Positions 58,601 to 64,000 of a stretch of 64,000 bases of DNA are shown in pieces (positions within the stretch are counted from its first letter, which is position 1; each line of letters begins with the position of its first letter). The DNA comes from an uncultured Christensenella sp. Its GTDB lineage: Bacteria > Bacillota > Clostridia > Christensenellales > UBA1242. The notes under the pieces are model-generated. The model was given only the letters and a program-made list of their open reading frames with translations. It was not told where the DNA came from and searched no databases. The stretch is taken from positions 1,734-65,733 of the forward strand of contig CAYVXW010000002.1 in assembly GCA_964455585.1 (NCBI GenBank). The letters are read 5' to 3'. The position numbers were made by a program, and so were the translations under genes.

Positions 58601-61600
58601 TGCAAATGCACTATACTCGCCAAATGGAATTTCTTTAACAATGGCCTCTACCGAAGTGTCGATTTCGATTGTTGGGTCGCCCTCCTCGCCTTCAACACTG
58701 GTTACGGTCTTGTATTTGTTGATTGTAATCCTTACGCTTGTTGGCTCAAAGCCTTCAAATGTTTCGTAGTAGCCATATGCAAACTTTCCACTATTCGACA
58801 CTGTTACTAGGTCGGTAGACGCAGTTGCAAGTTTGACAACTTGTACACTAGCACTATTGCCATCTAGATATGGGTCGCTAGATGTGAGTGTTTTTATTTT
58901 GAATGTATGCCTGCCTGCATCCAATGCGTCTATCGCATAAACAAATTTGTTTATTGAACTATCGTAAACAAAATCGGTAGATTGAGTATATGTGCCCTCG
59001 CCATCCACATCTTTATAGATTGAACAAGTATAATCGTTGCCACTCTTTTCTACTTTTAGTTTTGTTGTGGTGGATTCGTCAAGCACAATTTCAAACATTG
59101 AAACCCCACTAACATATGCCCATTGCAACTTTTCGTTTACCATAGTTATGTCGCTAGCCTCACCAACCTTGGTAAGCCTCTTTACTCCCGACATACTGCT
59201 TGAAATGCATCCATCAAGCACTGCCCTTATGGTTAGGTCAAAGTCGCCTGCAGGTAGCCCATAGAAATCAACGCCATAATCAAATGCAACGTTATCTATT
59301 TCGTAGTTGTTTCCAATGCTGGAAATTAGGTTTCCGTCCTTATATAGTTTGAATGTCAAGCCTTGGTTAGGGCTTGTGTCGTCCTCGCTTGCTTTGTATT
59401 CAAAGGTTGCTCTTCCGTTTTGGGCTTTAATTTCTCCAACGGTAGGAAGTTTTGTAATTGATACTTCTTTTTCGTTTTCTGCTAGCCAAATTCCAGTAGA
59501 AACAAAGTCAACCGAAGTTTGGATTTTTATATCATAAACACCGGCGTCCATTTCGGCAAACGACAAATATTTTTCGCCCGACAAGGTTTGGATATCCTCG
59601 TCCGAAACGGCACTGCCGTATTCGCCATTCGATGTTAGTTTATAATAAATTGCGTATGTAATTCCGTCGTCATAAGTCCACACAACACCCTCGGCGTCAC
59701 TGCTTACTCTAGCACCCACACGCCCGTCTCTTACTTTGATTTCGATAGATGGGTTATTTGTGCCCGTAGCAACCGACGAACTATCCAAAATGTATGGATT
59801 TTCGCTACTAACGCCACTGGTTTGACTATTTTCGCCACCAGCCACAATTGTTATTGTATAATCGCCAACTTCTAGTCCGCTAGGCAACTCATACTCGGTG
59901 CCATCAACTGTTTTTGGGGTCTCGCCGTCAAATATTGCCTCAGAGCAAATAAGGGTGTATTCGGAGCACTTATTTACACTTGACCAAGTAATCTTTGGTG
60001 TGGTTCCGCTTGCGTTTCTTGAAACGTTTACGGTTGTCAAGACTGTGGCATATATTTTGTCGCTAGCCGTGCTTGCAAAGTAATTTGGATGAGTTTCCCA
60101 AATTTCCATTGCAACCGTCTTTCCCTCATAGTCGCTCAAAACGCTTCTAATATTTAGTTTGTAGCCCCTGCCGTCTTCATTTGTGGTGCCACTTGAATAT
60201 GCTACCGATTTTTGTGCAACCCTAGTGCTATCAACATAGAAGTTTATAACATAGGTAATTCCGCTAACGGTTGAGGTTGACGACCAAGATAGTTCGCCCG
60301 AAGGGCTCATTTTAAGCCCCGTTGCCACTCCCGAGCGATTGAACGAACTGCTAACTTTTACTGAGTCAATAATTCCCGCAACGCCCGAACTTGATGGACT
60401 GCCTATTACATAAGCCTCAATGTTTATTTGTTCGCCACTAATGTAGTCGATTAGTTTGTTGGTGCTATCTTTGCAATTTAGTTGGGTTAAGTCAATTGTA
60501 ACCTTTCCGCCACTAACCGAGCCTCTTGTCTCTTCCGAAACAACATCGCCACTAGGGGTCTTTAGGATAACAACATATGTTTCGCCAACTTTGTTAAATA
60601 CAAGTTTTGTCGAATCCTCAAGGGTCATATTGGTAATTGAACTTCTTCTATTGAAGTTTACATTGCTTGAGCCCGATGAGGAAATAATTGCATTTGAACC
60701 CGACAATGATGTATTGTCATTTTTGTCGGTAATGATAGAGTAGTAGAATACATCACCCGCACTCAAATATCCATCTATTTCTTCCGTCTCAATGCCCACG
60801 ATTTCTTTTGACGCTTGTCTAGATAATAAAACTCTGACAACATCAAACAAACTAAAGGTGTATTTGCCACTTACTTTGGTTAGCGGAACAACCCCGTCCT
60901 CTAGGTCGCCACCGTCTTTTAGGCTAACCTCTTGGGCGTTTCCGTTTTTGGAAAGTCTAATGGTGTAGTTCTTTATTTCCTCGGCACTACCACCATTTTG
61001 ATATGACACAGGCGCAAACGAAATTGTGCCGTTTGAAGAAATTTGAGTAGCCGTTGTGTCTTTTAGGACTTGGCAAGTATAAACTGGATTTTTGGAAACC
61101 TCGGTTGCCGTCAATGTGTTTGCACTTTCTCCAAAGTCACCCACCATTTTTGCATAAATTTGATAGTTGCCCGCACTTAGCCCTGCTTTGCTAATATCGC
61201 ACGATGCGGTCTCGCTAAATACATATTTTGAAAGGTCCAAGTTCTCGGTGTTGACAAAGAAGAACTCAATACCCTTTATTCCATTTGCTCCGCCAACAGT
61301 TATTATGTTGTTGCTAATGCTATGCGAAACAACTGGGTTGTCGCCAGGGATTTCGCCCGAGGCGTTGTCGGCGTTATAGATTTTTCCTAGTCTAGTATAG
61401 AAAAGGTTTTCCCATTCGCCTGCAATTGTTCTTTCGCTATTTCCTACAAGCCTTACATAAACAATTTTTCCCGCCGTAATATCTACTTCCGGCTCGCTTG
61501 TAATAAACACGGTGATAGTGGTTGTTTTGTCGCCAAGAACCAATTGTCCAGTTTTACTTGGAGAAATTTCCTTTAGCCTATCGGAAGAAAGTTCGTTTGA

Positions 61601-62920
61601 CGCAACAAAGTATTGATATCTAACCTCGTCTGACTTGGTCACTCCAACATCGTTGCCCTCAAGTTTTAGAACGGTCTTTAGGTTTACGTCCTCAAACTTC
61701 TTTCCGCCTATGATAAACGAACCAGTCTTGTTTTCAAGTGAAATGGTTGGTTTGCCCAATTTTTTAAACGATGCAACCCCGCTTCTTTCGGATGGATAGA
61801 ACCTAACGCCGTCTTCGGTGGAGTAGCCCGTCGCATTATCAAAACCTCTTGGCTTTGCAACAACGCTCACATTATATTCGTCTAGGTTCTCAAGATTGCT
61901 ATACTTAATTGCACTATCGCCACGATATTCATAATTACCCATTTCGGTAATTAGTCCGCTATTAGAACTTGTTTTTGTAACGGTTTTGTTTCCGCCATAA
62001 GTTATTTCGGATGTTACCGAATACTTAGGGGATGTAAATGAAATTTCGCCGTTGCTTACGCTTAGGTCTTTTACGGCTTCAAGTTGGCAAAACATAAATT
62101 CTTTGCTATCCGCACTTGTAAATACGTCTTCGTCGTTTCCTAGTGCCTTGACTTTTAGTTTGTATATCTTGCCCGCTTCAAAGCCTGCCTCTTCGGCGGT
62201 AATTTTGTTTGTAGAAACGCTTACGGTCTTTTTGGAGTTCTCAACCTCGCCTAGAACCGCTTTTCTATCGCCTTGCTCTGTTACAACGCTATATTCCATT
62301 TCCCAAACGGAAACGCTATATCCCGTAAGCCCCTTTGCAACCTTGTCCGCTCCACTGCCAACTGTTGGGTTTGCGTCTTGAAGAGTGTTTGATTGCCAAA
62401 CTTTGGTTACATTGTTCCAACTAACCTCTTTGCTATCTGTGCTATACTCAAATAGTGATGGTGCATCAAGGGTAGGGATTTTTGCTTTTTCCTTTTTTAC
62501 CTTAACATTTGCTTTTGCAATTTTGCCAGTAGTCTTGGTCGTGAAAGTAATAACGGTTGAACCAACATTCTTGGCGGTAAAACTAACCGTCTCTACCGCA
62601 CCCTTTGAATATGAGAATGTAGATGTGGAAAGAACGCCACTGTTGTCCGAGAATTCCCAGTCGACTTGTGTGGTAGTTACGTTGGACGGGGTGAGCGTGT
62701 ACTCCAAACTAAACCTATCCCCTTTGTAACACTCAATGGTTAGGTAGCCACTATTTTCGTCCTTTTCGTATTTTATGTTTTCGCTTGGGTTTACGCATCT
62801 AATGCTAATCCCCGTCTCTGCCACGGGCGAAAATTCTCCGCTCGAGCACGAACACGCCGACATAAATGCCGAAGCAAGTACCATAATAATTCCCGTTATA
62901 AACATTTTAGCCTTTTTCAT
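52664..62920 (-). CDS. Giant surface lipoprotein (3,418 aa) with many Fn3/Ig-like modules and a C-terminal GLUG-like beta-helix
   Basis: The start is MKKAKMF (ATG 62920, AAAGGTG upstream) and the lipobox is AFMSAC. More than 12 modules begin with x-L-x-W and end ...Y-x-[IV], for example GELSWSS..ITYVINF, KITWSSV..EYTLI, KLQWAYV..MFEIV and GKLAWSAL..VTYKIAI. The last ~430 aa carry repeated GG[IV][VA]G ... [IV]xNC units. Confidence 0.9.
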   Translation of the reverse strand: MKKAKMFITGIIMVLASAFMSACSCSSGEFSPVAETGISIRCVNPSENIKYEKDENSGYLTIECYKGDRFSLEYTLTPSNVTTTQVDWEFSDNSGVLSTSTFSYSKGAVETVSFTAKNVGSTVITFTTKTTGKIAKANVKVKKEKAKIPTLDAPSLFEYSTDSKEVSWNNVTKVWQSNTLQDANPTVGSGADKVAKGLTGYSVSVWEMEYSVVTEQGDRKAVLGEVENSKKTVSVSTNKITAEEAGFEAGKIYKLKVKALGNDEDVFTSADSKEFMFCQLEAVKDLSVSNGEISFTSPKYSVTSEITYGGNKTVTKTSSNSGLITEMGNYEYRGDSAIKYSNLENLDEYNVSVVAKPRGFDNATGYSTEDGVRFYPSERSGVASFKKLGKPTISLENKTGSFIIGGKKFEDVNLKTVLKLEGNDVGVTKSDEVRYQYFVASNELSSDRLKEISPSKTGQLVLGDKTTTITVFITSEPEVDITAGKIVYVRLVGNSERTIAGEWENLFYTRLGKIYNADNASGEIPGDNPVVSHSISNNIITVGGANGIKGIEFFFVNTENLDLSKYVFSETASCDISKAGLSAGNYQIYAKMVGDFGESANTLTATEVSKNPVYTCQVLKDTTATQISSNGTISFAPVSYQNGGSAEEIKNYTIRLSKNGNAQEVSLKDGGDLEDGVVPLTKVSGKYTFSLFDVVRVLLSRQASKEIVGIETEEIDGYLSAGDVFYYSIITDKNDNTSLSGSNAIISSSGSSNVNFNRRSSITNMTLEDSTKLVFNKVGETYVVILKTPSGDVVSEETRGSVSGGKVTIDLTQLNCKDSTNKLIDYISGEQINIEAYVIGSPSSSGVAGIIDSVKVSSSFNRSGVATGLKMSPSGELSWSSTSTVSGITYVINFYVDSTRVAQKSVAYSSGTTNEDGRGYKLNIRSVLSDYEGKTVAMEIWETHPNYFASTASDKIYATVLTTVNVSRNASGTTPKITWSSVNKCSEYTLICSEAIFDGETPKTVDGTEYELPSGLEVGDYTITIVAGGENSQTSGVSSENPYILDSSSVATGTNNPSIEIKVRDGRVGARVSSDAEGVVWTYDDGITYAIYYKLTSNGEYGSAVSDEDIQTLSGEKYLSFAEMDAGVYDIKIQTSVDFVSTGIWLAENEKEVSITKLPTVGEIKAQNGRATFEYKASEDDTSPNQGLTFKLYKDGNLISSIGNNYEIDNVAFDYGVDFYGLPAGDFDLTIRAVLDGCISSSMSGVKRLTKVGEASDITMVNEKLQWAYVSGVSMFEIVLDESTTTKLKVEKSGNDYTCSIYKDVDGEGTYTQSTDFVYDSSINKFVYAIDALDAGRHTFKIKTLTSSDPYLDGNSASVQVVKLATASTDLVTVSNSGKFAYGYYETFEGFEPTSVRITINKYKTVTSVEGEEGDPTIEIDTSVEAIVKEIPFGEYSAFATIDGGVYEIDIRGLEGYDENGTYGTTIMFIGNGGKVLSSEESTVYTFAKSEKVLSIQSKDGSLVWASAVEGGSYFVQIRNNLNQLVVSFNYSGDGDITLPAVISEGDGISDVKVFASGDDESETGETTFAYVAGETYKISIITQKTGMLCSELSSEFRFKKLMAPTALNMQLYDESGNGVGKPILNWDNPNKDKTGYELKLVFFDQSGKEIKEAKLSSTDNKQYYELTNDVEVGKYDIRMMAMGNESQSFGLLYSDYSLVTNDCKVEYIANSTTPSVSNGKLAWSALPSAVTYKIAITDGKNIVIIYKNGSDINFNASEYASKIGTLNGGYWDISVTAITNPKLAMISSLAQSDSSTKAYRPSMLGTYKVKEGKLSWTISTTEMLKYLDGVEFSEGGGEDAGEEARVQVVTEIAGSQKGTIDYTTFYDYIKDMALNGESDNSTFDGIFTEHFYKIRLNINGVETIDTPSEVRLLNSQGEVVESGSSVAKFEFLYDVSVSTTYDVDSDDVSNTVTNSAGIQYTAGYYDISISAVGGDNVLNGIESGTLKTYKLTTPKSWYDKVLVEEDNTGDDENEEIMTLDDELDGEDNPTSGDPSAPKYTVNDISKGKALWELSIIANQGATGDEDPFTYHKDYYLSAITAGSESVAYAEVTVGDLDGESKDPNVGDGYKYSKDVKEMFYNETTKVDLDKIYRLFILAMGTKDSTPATDGSDTVYLLNSNSYMFSDTMTILHTCETSVEESAFKWTPNDNSVSSLIKVYGPLYKAESLENANKNWTELDATKLLLAEIKFAESDQKDDSVFDEFEFEEDRLAEVKSYVKNNATALLGMVKEINSGVDDERTGEITLSDNLNFTEGGYAIYEQEIGNGRGVVDSPISEVVYAYKLGTTSAKSTQDGLPYWLGKTDATAGMFEWNAVPFANAYIVTIKKIAVGADANANPEMCNTSTIVYNQTYFDMPDDPSLNESGFMYSIEIIATRLDEVPSADGGATTYVTSKNYFNSDTVKTHKVEDEENKIWSGSYLRLAIPTGLGVDKEGNLWWNGKSNDTTGNVSKYAISYQWGTKEKEIDTSTTATTKIYDGILGTTNIRVKAIAKFDAGYLNSSYSASLEVTRIADPEPTVEDGVFGWGTEADKTAGQSVTLPELKIDGNSVTIDSTSTLSYKYFTELTVDNFQTYNSSADTVTFGAGNHDIVIKYSGTEGSTDSIKDGDRFYLASSNKEFYITKLQTPELKNVANTSASQESRIYWPLQTNASGYRVKFYVKNSDGTYSEYIYTIYKGVNGTATVEIKYPERSDVETKEGLTWASNEFTEVNDNEMIFKMNNLIGKLSSSGSEICAFVQAIGTIETTDGLGETSTNRAFVSSSYSAKLDISIPSAPVDAKYDSATGTLSWTLSNKDHISTGYNIILETTYKVENLDAEALNAWLKSAHITSPLNGTTPDFDQNTTKNSNFDSKYLDDNTVEERRISYDYTQGETFTIYVKDLIILKSGEGEPTPTSYQLRAVASEYTFGLTTTAYDTASSDKGAYKSGTYRPNLTDVSMTLFASGNGTEYIPYAIATYANLNNIRIYPTSDYKLEKDIKIESSSMGQTNYNPNWTMIDSFSGVIDGDNHYIYNITPSVKEENDKTSYMSFILDNYGTIRNTNFQVNIDYTNSSDVSEYMVSGVAIRNYGTLDSVNVLPYLTDKNGNRVDEGASNIDYSKSMKAQIVLEVKTQIAILVGGVVASNMGTIKNSVAKLNIEALTNKTSKAGGIVGKTSGGSVIENCSFGAIVDTTGELYVGKIYANYVAGIVVMSEEVVGGTNSNITISKCYVDENVVLTVTDDGIEDSTESRSGVLGAIMCEVGSGTNVTISTCYSLAKVVVEHTTSNSGENASSIIVAGIVSASSGGSATVEKCYVVLNYTFTVHQQLDINAISRIATVTNSYYIFNGDSFNLASGEFGTLVEGSSAGGNTNTALDNLKSTMEKEENGGYDVSGTYPRHK

Positions 62921-62985
62921 TTCTACACCTTTAGTCATTTTATTTAAAGTCTTTGTGGGGAGTCGCCCCACCTTTCTCTTGAGTT

Positions 62986-62994
62986 ATTTTAGCA
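62986..62994 (-). promoter_or_regulatory. Extended -10 box TGCTAAAAT upstream of the giant lipoprotein gene
   Basis: The minus strand reads TGcTAAAAT about 65 nt upstream of ATG 62920. The leader contains the hairpin GTGGGG-cgact-CCCCAC. Confidence 0.35.
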
Positions 62995-63143
62995 CATTTT
63001 GTCGCAAACTTAAAAACGATTTTGCTATGTATTTATATTTTTAACAAAAAATATATTATTTATTATTATCTTCTTTGTACCCGCTTTTCGCTCAATATTC
63101 TTCCGCTTTCGCGTTTAGAATGACAAATAAGGATGATTGAAAG

Positions 63144-63660
63144 TAGATACACTCCGCTCGTGCTATCGCACTCGGTCGGTATGACACACGCAAGACATAG
63201 CCTTGCAAGTGAAGAGGTGAAGAGTAAATAGTGAAGAGGTGCAAGTGGATGAATTTTAGTCTATGTCATTCTGAGCGGGCTTTAGCCCCGAAGAATCTAA
63301 AACGTGGAGCGAGGCAATTCGTGTCATATCGACCGAACTGGTGCCAACCAGTGAGCGGAGCATATCTATACAAATCTAACCGCTTGTCCACCTCTCCACT
63401 ATTCACTCTTCACTATCACCTGTGGCAACTTTTTCGCCACCCGTGTCATATCGTATTCGACCGCAAGGGAGAATCGCCGTCACCCACTAGGACACATTAT
63501 GTAGTGTACACTTGTGACGGCACAAAGACTTGGTAGTTTGCTATTCCATAAAACAAACAGCCACTGATAAGTGTCGAACGGAGCATATCTATAAAGATAA
63601 CTCGCCTGTTTGCTTCCTTGCTTTTGGGTAGCAAACTTCTTGCTATGGGTAGTTTCCCCC
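63144..63660. repeat. Repeat-rich intergenic region B (modular, homologous to region A)
   Basis: It shares modules with 49161-49513 in both direct and inverted orientation. It also holds internal inverted repeats (63144-63159 vs 63353-63368; 63531-63560 vs 63606-63640) and a GC hairpin gtcattctgagcGGGCTttaGCCCcgaagaatc. Confidence 0.8.
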
Positions 63661-63700
63661 TGTCACTATGGCGGATTTTCGTCGTTTTACACTTTCACAA

Positions 63701-63729
63701 TTGACAACATACAAAAAAACGGATATACT
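63701..63729 (+). promoter_or_regulatory. Candidate sigma-A promoter for the right-edge gene
   Basis: The layout is TTGACA (63701-63706), N17, TATACT (63724-63729). Confidence 0.5.
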
Positions 63730-63752
63730 TTTTTTAATTAAAGGAGAGAAAA

Positions 63753-64000
63753 ATGTCGAAAAAGAAAAAAATAATAATTTCAAGCATTGTGGCGTTTGTG
63801 TTGCTAGCGGGGATTGTAACCACCCTAGTGCTAGTTTTTGTAAAGCGATTTAGTAACTACACCGACGCCAAAATAGACTACAACACCCATACCGAAATGA
63901 CCTATACCGACTATGAGACCACCTACAAAGAACACTCAGCGGTCACCTATTCAAACGGCACACAAATAATAAAGAACAACTCAAACGAATTTGGCATATA
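63753..64000 (+). CDS. N-terminally anchored protein; only the 5' fragment is present because it runs off the right edge
   Basis: The ORF is not in the track. AAGGAGAG lies 5 nt upstream of ATG 63753. Hand translation gives MSKKKKIIISSIVAFVLLAGIVTTLVLVFVKRFSNYTDAKIDYNTHTEMTYTDYETTYKEH..., with no stop to the window end. Confidence 0.6.
   Translation, partial: MSKKKKIIISSIVAFVLLAGIVTTLVLVFVKRFSNYTDAKIDYNTHTEMTYTDYETTYKEHSAVTYSNGTQIIKNNSNEFGI

Noticed and set aside
53018-62729. Many + strand ORFs of 60-127 aa inside 52664-62920
   Set aside because: These are antisense shadows of the 3,418-aa minus-strand gene, with the same frame relationship and the same low-complexity composition.
49161-63560. 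The idea that the 14-kb block is an invertible or mobile cassette because of the inverted ~75-nt copies
   Set aside because: No recombinase, integrase or transposase is present in the window, and no target-site duplication is visible. The other shared modules are in direct rather than inverted orientation. I report it only as a repeat observation, not as a mobile element.
63231-63853. ORFs 63231-63536 and 63668-63853 in the right-hand intergenic region
   Set aside because: They lie entirely within repeat and hairpin DNA. The peptide ...CHSERALAPKNL... is simply the translation of the GC hairpin gtcattctgagcgggctttagccccgaagaatc. Neither has an RBS. The real gene at this edge starts at 63753 in another frame.
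1-64000. A search by eye for tRNA, rRNA, CRISPR arrays, IS elements, integrases and prophage genes
   Set aside because: I recognised none. The check was visual only, so tRNAscan-SE, Infernal and ISfinder should be run to confirm.

Overview
The window reads as a chromosomal segment of an AT-rich Gram-positive bacterium, probably Bacillota and Clostridia-like. That placement is inferred from gene content, strong Shine-Dalgarno sites and TGn-extended -10 boxes. The genetic code is standard. I count about 50 protein genes and saw no rRNA, tRNA, CRISPR array, transposase or integrase. Housekeeping genes are gatCAB, secA, metK (behind a SAM riboswitch), thyA-folA, cls, radC, degV, an MsbA-like ABC exporter and an Fe-alcohol dehydrogenase. 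Five accessory regions stand out. (1) At 45.6-63.0 kb a seven-gene minus-strand locus encodes a 3,418-aa lipoprotein adhesin, a SipW-type signal peptidase, three TasA/camelysin-like secreted subunits, a membrane-anchored TasA-like protein and a transglutaminase-like lipoprotein. The adhesin, signal peptidase and three secreted subunits (49.5-63.0 kb) are bracketed by two homologous, modular repeat-rich intergenic regions. This is my best candidate for an undescribed system, a heteromeric SipW-dependent surface fibre. (2) At 1-9.9 kb a second giant Ig-repeat surface protein is missing from the ORF track because it runs off the left edge. It is co-transcribed with an ABC transporter from a promoter with perfect -35 and -10 hexamers separated by a G11 tract, a classic phase-variation design. 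(3) At 19.2-22.4 kb a tightly coupled five-gene operon lies next to thyA-folA. It encodes a Cys-rich protein, two HIT proteins, an unknown protein and a MazG-like protein. (4) At 16.5-19.0 kb sits an active plus degenerate metallophosphoesterase pair. (5) At 38.6-41.9 kb two paralogous putative Cys-nucleophile hydrolases, one carrying four helical repeats, sit next to a divergent XRE regulator. All family assignments rest on motifs read by eye and need HMM or structure confirmation.
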